Assembly (NCBI RefSeq): GCF_963853765.1
Contig: NC_088855.1
Span: 46,314,001-46,378,000 of the forward strand
Direction: 5' to 3'
DNA length: 64,000 nucleotides
From: Magallana gigas
Lineage: Eukaryota
In this document: positions 1 through 22,561 of the stretch, in pieces
How positions within the stretch are numbered: the stretch's first letter is position 1
How the letters are laid out: each line of letters starts with the position of its first letter
Notes under the pieces: model-generated
Told to the model about the DNA's origin: nothing
Databases searched by the model: none
Seen by the model: only the letters and a program-made list of their open reading frames with translations
Made by a program: the position numbers and the translations under genes

Positions 1-971
1 CTTAATAAAGCTATTCAGATTAGCTTTTTCTGTCATACGTTTTTCTCAAATGTGTGTTTTTTCAGCATGTAAACAAAATCGCACTTCAGTGCAGTGATAG
101 ATTTCAACTTAAAACTGTTCTGTAAACAATGCATGTAAAGATTACTCATCAATTTGTGTCTCTTTCTGAGACTTTGCGATTTTAAAAGTTTTGGGGCAAT
201 TGATTCATGGCCTCACAGTTACTTCAGACAGGAATATTAAGTGGATGGTATTGAGAAGCAATGTTTTATTGTGAAAGTGAAGATAAAAGAAAGTCGATTG
301 TTGAAATAACATATAATTTGGCTCTAAATCAAAATTTAAATCTTGCGGAAATAAGAAAATGAAATCTGGACAGTTTATGGGGTGATGAAAGAGTTAAAGA
401 AAGTTCTTATTTTACAAATATGAACACTTGACCATGAAAATATCTAATTTAGCTAAAATATTTTCAGATCATAAAAAATACTTTTTGGAACATGTTCAAT
501 GTTTTGAACTTACCTTGAAAACCGCTCTAAATAAAGTGCCCGGATGAAAGAACTAACTAATTGACGAAAATTATGAAAGGGAGAGAACAATAATAAAACA
601 GACAGAAAATTCTGCACATTCGTCATAAAGTCCTTATTTACAATCAATAAAATGAAAAAGAACAAATTTACATCTGAAGATATCAAAAAAATGTATAACA
701 GTTTTGAAATTAAATAAAAAGATAATGGAGTTTTTTTTTTTTAAATATTGAATAAATATGGAATTGTATCTGTCATAAAATTATGAGAATGTTATGTTAT
801 ATATGCTTAAGAATTAAACATACTTTATGTTAATATTCAATCTATTCTCTTTTGATAATATTTATAACAGTATTTTGACAAAATAATGTCCTATAAGATC
901 AAAAGATCTCTCTACTGGTTTCAAAAACAAAAGATCTTATTTCCGGTTCCGCCCAAAATGAAAGTAAAACA

Positions 972-3023
972 ATGAACACTGAGAAAAATGAAACTGTTAC
1001 TGTAACCGGGACGTTATTTGATTGTCCGATCTGCTTAGAGAGATATAGGATCCCGAAATCTTTACCATGTCTTCACACGTTTTGTGAACAATGTATACAA
1101 TCTTATATCGAAAACTTTAATGTGAGAAAATCAACTGATGGTGAGAATTTTGTTCAGTTTATTGAGTGCCCGGTTTGTCGCAGAAAAGCTGTTGCCTCAG
1201 AACATATTAAGACACCCGAAGACTGGGTTAATGAATTACCGTTGAATTATATTTTGGTTTCCCTACAGGGTGATCAAGATAATTCAGACAATGTTCAAAG
1301 TGTATTGTGTGAGCCATGCAAACGCGTTAGTGAAAGAAAAAGAGCAGTGTTTTACTGCAGCAACTGTGATGACAGACTTTGTGAATCATGCTACACATAT
1401 CTTCACAGGCGCATTCCGCAGTATGTTGATCACAATGTCGCATATATTTCCAAAGAGAAATGGTGTGTTTCATTTGACATTAAGCATTGCTCAATTCATG
1501 AAAACAGTGAACTAAAATATTATTGTGCGGATCATAAAGAATTAGCTTGCAGTAAATGTTATGATACATTTCATTGTGCATGTGAGCATGTGAAATCAAT
1601 TGATGAAGTTGCAGATAACGTGGAGGGGTGTTTTAGTCACATTATTAGGTCAATTAAAAAGAAGACGGATTCTGAACTTCAAAACACAATCAAGAACTTG
1701 CAGCATCTGGAAAACAGTAGGACGAACATACAGGAAAAAGTTATCAATTTCATAATAGACTTTAAAAGCAAGCTTGATGAACTTCATGACAAGTTTCTGA
1801 AAAATTTTGAGATGTTGCATGACTATGAAATATCTTGTGTTCAAAACAAACAGAGATGTCTTGAAAAGTTTGTTGAAATTCTGGAGAAGCATGAGATGAT
1901 GCTTGCCCAAGTTGATAAAAAAGGGTCCCCTGTAGATAAATTTCTCACCGAGGAAATGGTCAAGACAGATGTAATGAAATATCTCCATGACTTGGATGAG
2001 GATGGAAAATGTCATGGTGATACAACTTATCAATGGAAAGAAAATTCAATTTTGAAAAATCTTTTGGACATTGAAGATATTGGCAATGTTCAGGTAATTA
2101 AAAAAGAAAAAATTGATCTTGTTCCTGGTTTGAGGAAGGATATTGAATTATATCAGACAAAAATGAATTCTCCCCAAGCCAATACATTGCAGATTAAAAA
2201 CCCAGAATGTACACAAGTGATTGCAAATTATGTAACGTCATATTGTGTCAAATGTCATGGAGATGAAAATATTCCATGGGTTACCAATGGCATGTTTTTG
2301 GAAAATGGGTCACTCATCATTGTTGACAAGCACAACTCCTCGATAAAAGAGATATCCTCCTCTGGAACCACAAAGGTCATTTATTCTAAAAAATCTAGTG
2401 CTATCAGAGGAATATGCACAACCAATGCAGATGAAAAGGCATTCGTTTCTATGGATCACACCATCTCTGAATTTTCAGTCTCTCCACATTTTAAATATGA
2501 GAGAGATTTCCAAACAAAAAATATGGAATTCTATCAAATTGCATTTTCAAAGGATTACATATTTGCTCACATAGGAAATCCTTGGTGTGTTAAAATGATT
2601 GATAGGAACAATGGAAGGATATTAAAAACTTTAAATGGTAGCAGTTGTGGCTTTGGATATTTTGCACTTTCTCGTGATGAAAAAAAAATAATTTACTCTA
2701 AAGCCAATTCAGTCGTATGTGAGGATGTGTTATCTGGAGAGGAATTTTTCCAGTGTGCCGGAACTCAAACAGGAATTGCACGAAAAGGTGCAAGAGGCAT
2801 TGGAGTAGATTATCATGATAATATTTATGTGTGCAACTCAAAAGGAGGCTGCATTGTCATGATTTCCAAAGATGGACATTTCGTCAAAAGTATCCTTCCC
2901 ATCTTGAAAGAAATCAAGCAACCATATGCTTTATGTTTTGATAAATGTGGAAAAAAGTTTTTTGTGAGCTCTTACATAGAATCTCATTGTAAAATTGAAG
3001 TTTATGAAGTACAACAACAGTAG
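972..3023 (+). CDS. Intronless TRIM/RBCC E3 ubiquitin ligase (RING, two B-boxes, coiled coil, C-terminal NHL-like beta-propeller), 683 aa
   Basis: RING CPICLERY..PKSLPCLHTFCEQC...CPVCR; B-box1 CEPC..C..CDDRLCESC..H..H; B-box2 CSIH..ELKYYCADHKELACSKC...H; helical middle region; C-terminal repeats such as LIIVDKHNSSIKEI and RGIGVDYHDNIYVC. The specific orthologue cannot be assigned. Confidence 0.9.
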   Translation: MNTEKNETVTVTGTLFDCPICLERYRIPKSLPCLHTFCEQCIQSYIENFNVRKSTDGENFVQFIECPVCRRKAVASEHIKTPEDWVNELPLNYILVSLQGDQDNSDNVQSVLCEPCKRVSERKRAVFYCSNCDDRLCESCYTYLHRRIPQYVDHNVAYISKEKWCVSFDIKHCSIHENSELKYYCADHKELACSKCYDTFHCACEHVKSIDEVADNVEGCFSHIIRSIKKKTDSELQNTIKNLQHLENSRTNIQEKVINFIIDFKSKLDELHDKFLKNFEMLHDYEISCVQNKQRCLEKFVEILEKHEMMLAQVDKKGSPVDKFLTEEMVKTDVMKYLHDLDEDGKCHGDTTYQWKENSILKNLLDIEDIGNVQVIKKEKIDLVPGLRKDIELYQTKMNSPQANTLQIKNPECTQVIANYVTSYCVKCHGDENIPWVTNGMFLENGSLIIVDKHNSSIKEISSSGTTKVIYSKKSSAIRGICTTNADEKAFVSMDHTISEFSVSPHFKYERDFQTKNMEFYQIAFSKDYIFAHIGNPWCVKMIDRNNGRILKTLNGSSCGFGYFALSRDEKKIIYSKANSVVCEDVLSGEEFFQCAGTQTGIARKGARGIGVDYHDNIYVCNSKGGCIVMISKDGHFVKSILPILKEIKQPYALCFDKCGKKFFVSSYIESHCKIEVYEVQQQ

Positions 3024-4209
3024 AAAGAAAAAAATGTATTATTTCTGAGAGGCTGGATCTTTCAAAAAACAAAAAATGCTTCAGTCTTTCACAATGTCAG
3101 TCACTAGTTTTATACTATCTGAGAAAAGAACAATTGAAAGTTGTTTACATGTATATATATATATATATATGAAATATTACCAAATAAATTTTTGTTTTAA
3201 TATGTTTTACAATTCACATCTTTATGGAAAGGATAGACAGGAATTCTTGTACCATAGCTTGGCGAGTTTTCTATTGTTAAAAGTGTGGGTTATATGTAAA
3301 AACCCCACACTTTTTTTAAACTCCGCCCACTATCTGGAGTAAAAACAACATCAACAAAGTTGTTTTTAGCGCGTCCATAATACTCCACAGTAAGAGGTGT
3401 CTCCAGATCAAAATTGCCAAAAACTCAACATGGATAAATGACTCGACTAACTTTGATCGTCGAATAAATCTCATTTTTCGCACGAAACAAAACAATATTG
3501 GCAATGGCTTTGTCAGAAAGACTCTATTTTAATATTTCCCTCCATGTGTGCGGACAAGTAGAGAAACGCGTGTTAAATGAAATAGGGGTATCATGTTTTT
3601 AAAGGTTTTATAGAAAGTAAATCATGTGATAGGAGAGCGTTTGAATAGAAATCTTGTTTTGTGGACAGAGTGAATAGCGGTAGCCAATCGAATTTGACAT
3701 TAACCATTAACGGTTTCGCGACATGCATTTCTCAAATAATATTTTTTTTGCTTATTGATTGATTTTGTTCAAAATATATATGTACATGATTTTTAAGCCA
3801 CTTTTAAAAAACATACATTGATACAGTGTATCAAATAAGATTTTGAAAAACTAATTACCTTCATCAATTTAAATTTAATTTCAACTGTTTAAACAGAAGC
3901 ATTGCACAATTTAGGGTTTGTACATATGAAATTGTGTTAATAAATTTAATTCTTTGAAGCAAATATCGATACTATAAGTCGGAAAATGAATGAATATGAA
4001 ATAAAAATATAACAATGAGAAGTCAATCTAGTCATTATAACTATAAATTTAAAAAAAAAGAAGAATAATTAATCTTTGTCGGGGATAGAAAGTCATTTTT
4101 GAAATTCACGAAGTACATTGTACATATATATAAAGACCAGCGCATTGGCACCGTATTGTTTGTAGGCAAGTGAAGTGAATGAATAATCGTAAACTATGGT
4201 ACAAGTAAC

Positions 4210-4349
4210 TTACCCCATATAATATTGTTGATTATGTGCAGATACCCGATGGGCATGGTCATAACGACACTCGGGAGCTATGCCCATCGGGTCGTTATGA
4301 CCACGCCCATCGGGTATCTGCACATAACCAACAATATTATATGGGGTAA
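4210..4349. mobile_element. Palindromic hairpin MITE-like element
   Basis: Arm 4210-4268 (ttaccccatataatattgttgattatgtgcagatacccgatgggcatggtcataacgac) is a near-perfect reverse complement of 4291-4349. Confidence 0.8.
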
Positions 4350-4679
4350 CTACTACTTAGACGATTCCATTTGATGAAATGGAATGGGAGCAATTCTGTA
4401 ACAAATCTTTCTTCACCAAGGGGGAACTTGCACACCTGCTTTGTGCAAAAGGGGAAATCATGTGTTAGGGTGCTTTCTCCCTATGAGAAAAAATCTTACC
4501 TGGACATTCACTTGTTATATCTTTTTGGTAGGAAATATTTTAGGATGGAGGTTTTTGCCACAACACCAGTACATGGTGTTGGGCAACAATGACTTTGGAA
4601 GTAAGAGAGAGCCATTTTACCCCTGATTAAACATTCTTATGAATACAAAGGGGGCAATTATTTTTGTGTAAAAGGTGGT

Positions 4680-4752
4680 GAAAAGTCTTAACCAGGACTC
4701 GAACCCAGGACCTCTGGCATACCCTGCCAGCCCTTTAACAATTGAGCTATTG
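4680..4752 (-). mobile_element. tRNA-derived SINE-like head
   Basis: Minus strand reads tagctcaattg (A-box-like), then ctggca/tgccag stem, then ggttcgagtcc (B-box), then tttt. No complete cloverleaf. Confidence 0.55.
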
Positions 4753-6019
4753 AGATATGATATATTGACTGACAGTCACACACCTGTTAATCCAGTGACA
4801 TATAACGGTACTCCCCCTCTTGATAGATAAAATATCAGTCCTTGCAAAAATTACTGGTGTTAGCAGATAAAGCGTGACCAAAAAGATCAATGCCAACAAG
4901 GGTAATGCTGGTCTAAAAATGTAAATGTAGAATATTTCATGTATCCTAAAATGAGATTGAAATTATAAATACATGTCCAAGACTGATATTTTGTTTCTGT
5001 CTTTTAAGGAGATAATAAGAATAATACATGTACTTAACCCCCCCCCCCCCCCCCATTCAAACCGCAAAACCAAGGTGACAGGTCTAACAGTTCAGTGGTT
5101 ATATACTAGTACATGTATAGCAAATTGTACCATGGTCTTTACATGGCCATTACAAATGCAAACAAGGCTGTATTGGATGAAATATAATTTTAATATTGAG
5201 CCAAATAAACAACAAAACTTGTCTTCCTTCTTCACGTATGTCATATAGCATATATTTATATAAAGATGTACATGTATATATACAATATGTGTCTGAGATA
5301 CTAGAATTTTTAAGTGATTAAAGCAACCTCTATTTGATCATAAACTAAACAATAAAATAAATGCAAATGACAACAACTTTATAAGCTTTTAGCACTATGC
5401 AACCAAGGAAAACAATTATCACAGAGAACAACTGCCATTAGTACCTAGAATAATACGGTACTTTATATATAAAACAACACACCCCCACAACATAAAAAAA
5501 ATAATTTGTTCAAAAAAGCAGTTAATTGTAACTTTGATGCAAACTGAGCCCAAAGTAAGGTACATGTAGCCAAAGCTCTTGGTCCTTAAAATATTTCTAA
5601 CTTGTGAGTTAACATTCAATAATCAGTATCTATCTTGTTATATCATTCTTGAACTTATTTCTCATTTCTATAAATCATTCACACAAAGAAATGCTGGATT
5701 TCTTTAAATTGGCACTTAATGCTAATTAAAAAATATTCTGAACTACATACATTACCTGATACATAAAAACAAAGTTCAAGTTCAACATTCTTTAAAGATA
5801 AATGTAATGAACTCATAACACATGTACCGGTACATTGCATTTCTTACAGATGAAACCGAAAATAAGTCTGTGCTTATAACAGAAGTATTTGAACTAACAT
5901 TTCATGCAATAACCCTTGCACACTATGATTTAGACACATTTGACTATTTACACAATCATATGATTTTGTGAAACGTTTAACTAGGATACACTCATTAGTC
6001 TCTTCTTCAGAGGGTGATT

Positions 6020-9000
6020 CTACAACACAGATTTATATTTGCAGGCAAACATTATCCATGTGGCAATAGCATTTTCAGGGTATGGGTAAACTTTCACTCT
6101 GACACCCAAACGTACATGGTCTCCTCTGCAATTGATGATTTCCTCACAAACAGGAGATCTACAAACAGAAACCAAAACCACATTATACATTAATACCAGT
6201 ACTGGTAGGCAAAAACAAAAATATTGAAATACAGTAGAACAACTGTAAAGGCTAACTTTGGCATGTTGCCCATCCCCATTAACAGTCCGTTTTAAACTTT
6301 TGATACAATAACAAATTTAGTTGATACTGCCAAGTTTCTGCAGACTTGCTTTCAAATTGATACCAGAAAAGAACAAATCTCACATGATGTACATGTACAT
6401 TCACCCAATAAAAATTGCGAAAATTATTGTTTTATACCGTACATGTAAAATATCATAATTTTCATAGAGGTCTTCATAGTCATAATTCTCTATTCATTTG
6501 CATCAACCATTTTCAGTTTTCATCCAAAATTCAAGCTCTATGGGATTCCAGTCTTTATTAGTGATTCCTTTCTTTTACAAAATCTACATTACTATTTAAT
6601 CAACTTGACTAAATAGTTTCAGAGAAAGTTGGAAGTTTCAAAAGTATTATAAATGACAAATGAAGGATGACAAAAAAAGAGACAAAACCAGCATATCCTT
6701 TAGTCACCTACGTATAGAGGTAATCTTAACAAACATTTACTTCAAGCATGTAGCAAAGGCTCGTTTGGCATTTCTGTGAGAAAATTGAATAGGGTATCCC
6801 TTAAAGGTATGGCCATCTGGTACAGCCTGTTTGATAGAGTCTTGGAATTCCTCGTTCCCAGCTGAGATTCCTGAAGGTAACAGAAACATGAAAGTATGAT
6901 ATCAAATAAGCACATACTGGTAGGTTAAAAAAAAATCTCTAAGTGTTGATCTTTAGTGTATAAAAAATAAAGTTGGGTTTCATGACTGGTAAATAGTTTA
7001 CATCTTCCTAACAAAATTCTATACCTGTGACTCTTTCCAGTTCATATGCTGCTAATGCTGGTGTTAAGAGATAACTCAATTGATCATCAAAGTTTGTGGT
7101 AAGTCCCAAATCCTACAAACAAGGGTGAAATATTTTACATGTTATTCTTAAGTCCTGTCAAATGTCAAAGTATGTCACTGAAAATGGTTTGGTTTTTTGG
7201 AATATCGGTAAAAACCCTTTATTTTGCTTTATGTTGCAGAAATATTGACCATTAACCTGCATCATTATGTTTTATGTAAACAATATCTGTTCTCTTTCTT
7301 AAACCGAAGTCTGGTTACACTAAACCAAGGAGTGGAAAATATAAATTGTTTACGAACCCTTCTGTGTTCATACACCATGACCCTCAGCTGTTGTTCCAGG
7401 TCATTGCTGACCAGGGCGGAGTCCAGGCTGGAGCAACAAAGAGGGGGCATGGAGGGCCAGGCGAGGGACGCCCCTGGTCCACACACCGACAGAACAGCAT
7501 CCTGGGACATTGATTTCCAGTCTGCCTCATTTTTCAGATTAAATTTGCACACCTCAACTGAGTCTGATGGCTGAAAAACACAAAATAAATCATTTACTTG
7601 TCAAACTGTACAATATGGTAACTCTAAAAAAATCATTAAAGCTGACAGAGGTAATTTTTAAGTAGACTTTTGGGTTACATTAATAAATAAAATCATTGAA
7701 TGGATTGTACAGATGCAAGCCATGGTATAGTTAAGTGATTGTTACTGGTAGTTTGGTTGCAATATTTTGAACAATTTATTGATTGCTTGTGCAATCACCA
7801 TACCTGGTTATTGGCATAAAACGACACATGGTTGAACACACATCCAATTGTTTTGTATGGGTATTTAGGGCGATGCTGTTTGTCCATTGGTGGAGCATTG
7901 GGATCAATTGGAAGATGAATATACCTAAGGATAAACGTGAAATATTTAAATTGAAAATGAAAGCATATAAAAGCAGAATCCTAGTAAATGCTATTGGTAT
8001 AGTGGATGCTGTAAAGGGATATCTTTACCTGTAATTAAGATAACTCGCTGTATAAATTTAAAAACAAGTACATACATGTATGTTATATATCTTTAAAGCT
8101 AAAATAATTATTAGTGATATTAAAGGCCTTAGAAAAAATTTGAAAAAGCATTTCTATGTAAATTTCTCGACTACACCATACATACCTGTGTCCATTCAGA
8201 CTTTCCCAAAAGACTACGGTTCCTTCGATACTGATAGTGACCACCCACGCATGTACTGCTCCCTTAGACTTTGTCCCCACACAAACGTAAGCATCCAAGC
8301 CAAAGCCCAATAAAAGGCTGCACAGTAATATGGCGTGATCCTCACAGTCCTGAGAGATCAACAATTGAACATTTGAAGACATGTATGATATTATGTGAAC
8401 AGTAAAACTTGAATGACATTCAGTTTTTAGAGAAAATGTGAAAGGAAAGCCAGGTGACATATACAAGTATTTTAAATCTGTGATGTAACTTGCATTTCAT
8501 TGTGACAATCCTTTATATATGTGGATTTTGATCAGATTTGAGGTTTTTCACAAGAATTTTGACATTGCATAAAGCACAGGTATATGATCTTGTCATTAAT
8601 TTACTATGCTTTACAATCAAACTACATGTATTTTGCTATGCGGAAGATTTCCATCTTCTATAAAAGCAAAACAACTGACCCCTTTGTTTCTACAGAGGAA
8701 TGCATGTGCATTGGTCCATTGCTCGGTTTTGCTGCCACCCCCCAGGGACTGGACTTTCTCATGATGGATCAAACTCACAAAGCGAGCAGCGTGTCGCGCA
8801 GAGTCCAGCAGCCTGCCTCCCCTCAGGGGCTTCACAAATGAGTTGACTGGTCTGTTTACCATGTTCTCATCCTATAGAAAACAAAACCGAATGACATCAG
8901 TGGTTAACAAAAACATAAAATTTTGATTTTTGCTCAACATCACAGGGATATTTTAATGTAAAATGAGTATAGATACATATACTTGTATTAGCACCTTTCA

Positions 9001-12000
9001 TAAGTGAAAAGTTGAAACTAAGTAATGGATACATAGTATGGTTCATGAAAATAAGAACAATATGTACAATAAAAGCATGTTAGAACCACAGATCCTGACA
9101 TTGGAATAAATATCTAACAAGTTTGATCACTTTACCTGTGCAAATATTTTGACAAGTCTGTCTTGATGAGCAGGCCTAATCTGGAGATATTCTTTCCACC
9201 ATTGTTTTGCATAGACCAAGAAAAGCCGTTCTCTTTCTGCCTGTCGGCTTTTCTCAAGGCTTATCTGGGCTGCAACAACATCTTGTCCAAAGTTTTTAGT
9301 GGATTTGGGGAAGAGTTCCATCATGATCTCAATAACCCCACATGGCACCTTGCTTTCATTCCCTATGTCAATACAAGTAAATGTGTAGACGTATACGTTT
9401 CAAAGGTTTAAAATATTCAAGAAAAGTATTTAAATACACACTTAAGGAATAAAGATGTTTTCAAATTATCTCATTTAACCAGTTTTTCACACCTAAAAAC
9501 TTGCTTTCTGTAAATCTATTTTATATTTTTGTTAAATAGCCTGTTATTTATCAAACTGAATGCCAGTATGTAAAAGTTTGCTACCTGTCCCTTTCAGCTC
9601 AAGCATCATGGACATCCTGTTCCCAGAAGAAGCCAGCACTGTTCTCCACTCAAAGAAGTTGGAGGACACCAGGCTTGTTTCTCCTGAGGCCTCAGTTTTG
9701 ATCAGCACAATGTGGATTGGGTCACTAATGGACAACATGGTGCTAGCATCAGCCATCTTGCCTGCTTCACCTACAGAACAAAGCACAAATTAATATCTCT
9801 TCTATCGCTGTATTGTTGACAAATAAAATATCTATTTAAAAGTGAGAACAAAAGCTGGAATCTAATTTCTTGTCCATATCATTAGAAAAACAGATTTACT
9901 GGGTACTAGTATATCTAACAGTAGTTTGTCTTCACATTGCAAATAGATATCAGTAAATATCCAATAATAATTTTAAAAAACATTAACAATCTGGAAAACA
10001 AATACTTTACCAGATGACTCTTTGTGTAGTTCCAACAGGAACCCTTCATCTATCTGAGGCTCACAGGCACAAGGAATGGGCCGGGATTTGAACCGCTGAC
10101 CACGGAAGTAAATGTGAAACATAAAGAAGGAGGACACTTGTCCAGGCATGGGGTCACTCTCATCAATGTGCTCCAAGAAAGCCTTCCCTCCCTTGATTTG
10201 AAAATACACATATCTTCTTGTTGGATCAATATTTACTGTGAAAATAAAATTTAACTTGCATTAATCACATGAAATATTTTTTTTGAAAATAAATATGTCT
10301 AAATAATTCATGTATTCTCTTCATACTCATAAAAGTACTGATGAACTTGAAAATATAGCCTTGAACTTTATTACTAAAGTTATTTTTGATAAACAAATTC
10401 TAAGGAAAAAAACCATACCTTTCTTTGTTGGAAGCTGTGTGACTTTGTCATCTCTGTCTAGGAAGTGTGTGGCAGGAGTTGTTCCCCCTTGTTGACCTCT
10501 GAACTGTAGCTGGTGGAGAATATCATCAACCAATCCCTGCTGTTTTAATTTGTGCAGGAGCTCCTCTTCTCCCACTTTACCAGATTGCCCCATGAAATCC
10601 TGTTGAATTGTGTCAGACAATATGTCTCGGATTCTGTTTTGAATATCCATCTGCAAAATTAATTCAAAAAGATAAAAAAAAATCTCTGATCTGTCATGAT
10701 ATTAGGTCCGTTAGTCCTACCTATACCTGTTTCAATGTACTGAAACTCTATCATCATTATTTTGTATGAGGTCTTATTTGGGAAGTTGTCTTACCTTGGT
10801 GTTAAGATTGACAATATCATATCGATATCGATTTTTCTACATCATAAGCATTTACAAATTATCAGAAACAATATTGATATCCTTATATTGCGTACGATAT
10901 CGTCAATTATCAACATCATAAATGCAACAATACTATTACAGGTTGGAGTTGATATCAATATTGTCATTTTGTGTATGATATCATTGAAATCAACATCATA
11001 TAGTTGTTCTACAGATTTATTATGTTTCATTGCAATTATTAATTATTTGTATGAGGATGGGAACCTTGTATTAAGTTGTCAGAACTTGAGTTAAAACCTA
11101 CTAGATATTATATATACAATAAAATGTGCTCAGACCATAGTTGGTCTTTGCCCTGTGTGGTTTGCATGAGTCTGTTCAAAAGAGTCCGTTTGCCATATTA
11201 GTTATCATATTTGCCCTATACCTTGTTTGCTAAATATCAAGTTCACACTGTCTCTATAAAATATCAAATAGGTAAGTAAACACTTTACTGGGTTGCAACC
11301 AGTTCTCACTGAGTACCAATTCTCTCCAATACATTGTGACGTCATTTTTCGTACATAATTTTATATGTTGATAAAATGATGTCACAACGTACTAGCGAGA
11401 AATGGTACTTGGTAAGAACTGGTTGCACACCAGTATCAAATTTTATTACCTTTTTGTTAAATCAAAGTTTTTATATTCAACATGAAAATAAGGCGAATGG
11501 AAAATATGGTCAATGGACTGGGCAAATTTAAATCAATTAATATCTCAATTGTATCAGGGGCAAACACATACACTCTCTTTGGACACACATTATTACTTAT
11601 TAGGTTAGTTACTGACTCACTACCGAAATATACTGGGTTGATTAATCTCATAGATGGCGAGGCGAAGCCGAGCCGTCTATGAAATTGATCAACCCAATAT
11701 ATTTCCATAGTGAGTCAGTAACTAACCTAATAAGTGTTTTGTTTTCCCGAGGACTATCAAGCGACATATTTATTCACAAATAGCGATGATCTACGCAAAG
11801 CCATGTACAAGATGCCTAAAATCTTGTCCAATTTAACTCATTTATCATAAAACTCTTTAAAATTTTCAATCTCACCTTTCAAATACTCTTTAAAAATCTT
11901 TGCTTCACCCATGTTTACTTATAATGTTTTGTTGCTATTCAATTTTAAATGTTTTCTCCCTTTCCTCGGCAGAGATTTTGAGCAAATTTTGACGCTGCCA

Positions 12001-12616
12001 TTTTGTTCTGCTTCAGACAAAACAATGTAACGTCAATATTCTAGGGGCAACTACTCTAATTTTAAAGAATTTCCAAGGGCAACTACTCCAAATAATTTAA
12101 GAACTTACGGCATTCGGTTTATGTATTAAATAATATGAAATATGTCAAAATGAGTAAGCGAAGCGTCGGCCAATGACAACCAATTATCTAATATTATTTC
12201 TCACCAAACAAATATAGAGATATATGAGGTAATCACGTGCTATGTTTAAACCAATGAAAGTGTGACATTTCAGTCCAAGGAAAAACAAAAAGTATATCAT
12301 GTATAGTTTATATTGATGTTTTAGGGAATCCCTCGTCCCTGATTTATTGTTTCACAAGGAGGAAATGTCAACTTTATTAAAATTTGATTACGTATCAAAA
12401 CCATATGCAACAACACATATATCCTACGGAACTAATTGTGCAGTATGCATATATTCCAATTTTATGTTGACAAATGTGTAGGAATACAAGCAGCAGCATG
12501 TCCACTGACATTTTCAGCCGCAAACAAAACGTTTGAAATACAAGTTGTCATACCTGATTAAGTTGAGAGTGAATGATTTGCTTTAGTTCGGTAATTTTTT
12601 CTGGTGGTAGGGACAT
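6020..12616 (-). CDS. CEP76: Centrosomal protein of 76 kDa, 12 coding exons, 659 aa
   Basis: Exons 12554-12616 (MSLPPEKITELKQIIHSQLNQ), 10419-10650, 10011-10235, 9585-9770, 9136-9362, 8680-8871, 8186-8349, 7804-7924, 7358-7570, 7025-7112, 6741-6870, 6020-6158. All introns are GT-AG and phase-consistent, totalling 1980 nt. Motifs NIDPTRRY, PCACEP, ERLFLVYAKQWWKEYLQIRP, NKGDCEDHA and ACKYKSVL* match CEP76. Confidence 0.97.
11286..11435. mobile_element. TA-flanked MITE (Tc1/mariner-like ends) in CEP76 intron 1
   Basis: Ends tactgggttgcaaccagttctc and gaactggttgcacaccagta are inverted repeats; the interior is also self-complementary (tgtgacgtcatttt / aaaatgatgtcaca). Confidence 0.75.
11595..11735. 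mobile_element. Palindromic hairpin MITE-like element in CEP76 intron 1
   Basis: acttattaggttagttactgactcacta and tagtgagtcagtaactaacctaataagt are inverted arms around a GC core ggcgaggcgaagccgagcc. Confidence 0.8.
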
Positions 12617-12752
12617 TTTGAGGAATCTATCTCGTTGAAATTTATCTGCTATGTTTCTAGAGTACACTACACATCGGTTTGTTTTCGCCGCTTCACGCAT
12701 GTGCAATAACTTGATCCCGATGTTTTTATTTTAAATCGGGTTCGAGCTCAGA
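12617..12752. promoter_or_regulatory. Bidirectional promoter shared by CEP76 and the SPG7-like gene
   Basis: The only sequence between the divergent ATGs at 12616 (-) and 12753 (+). Contains CpGs and an NRF1-like CGCATGTGCA at 12696-12705. Confidence 0.7.
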
Positions 12753-21888
<9,136 letters not shown>

Positions 21889-22561
21889 CGAAATATAGCA
21901 TTTGTTTTTTACGAATTGTTATTTCTTTATGTGTGAATGGAAAAGAAAAATGTAAAAATGCAAAGAAAAGATAAGTCTTACTGTTTGTTAACTTAATTTT
22001 ATCGAGTTTGATTGAGAACTTGACAATAAATTGTTATAAATTGGTTAAATTGTGGTTTGGATTCTTTTTTGAATTTTTTAAAATTAATTTTATTTGATGC
22101 CCTTTTTTCATCATGATACATTTTCATATAAAAATTTTGAAATTGTCATAAAAAATATGACATGATGGTGTTTAACAAATAGGGAGATGTGTATTTAAAA
22201 ACAAAGTTTTTCTGAATATTTTTAACCCTACCTAGTAATTTTGTGATACAAAAGTATGATTTTATATATGTAAATTTAAAAAAAAAAGTCTGCTGTGAGA
22301 AAAAGTGGGGGAGGAGCAGCCAACCCCCCCCCCCCCCCAGTTGCCTGAAGCTTCAGTTACATGTATTATACAGGTAGTATGAGGGAATGTTATTATACCT
22401 TATAATGACCTGAACCTGGGTCAGAAGCATTGTCAGAACCCACAGGTTTTCTATCCATTACTTTGTTTGAAACGGATAGAAAACCCACGGTTCCGATGTT
22501 GGGTCCAAAGGTTTAGATCAATTTCATAACTTGATATTTAATTTGCCCTGCTTTGCTTTAA

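Noticed and set aside
10762-11094. Hydrophobic 110-aa and 62-aa ORFs in CEP76 intron 1
   Set aside because: Low-complexity AT-rich degenerate repeats (tatgatgttgat units) give Ile/Leu-rich translations by chance.
22433-22496. Hairpin resembling a pre-miRNA
   Set aside because: Only a 12-bp perfect stem with imperfect extension; more likely a tiny MITE remnant, and it cannot be supported without small-RNA data.
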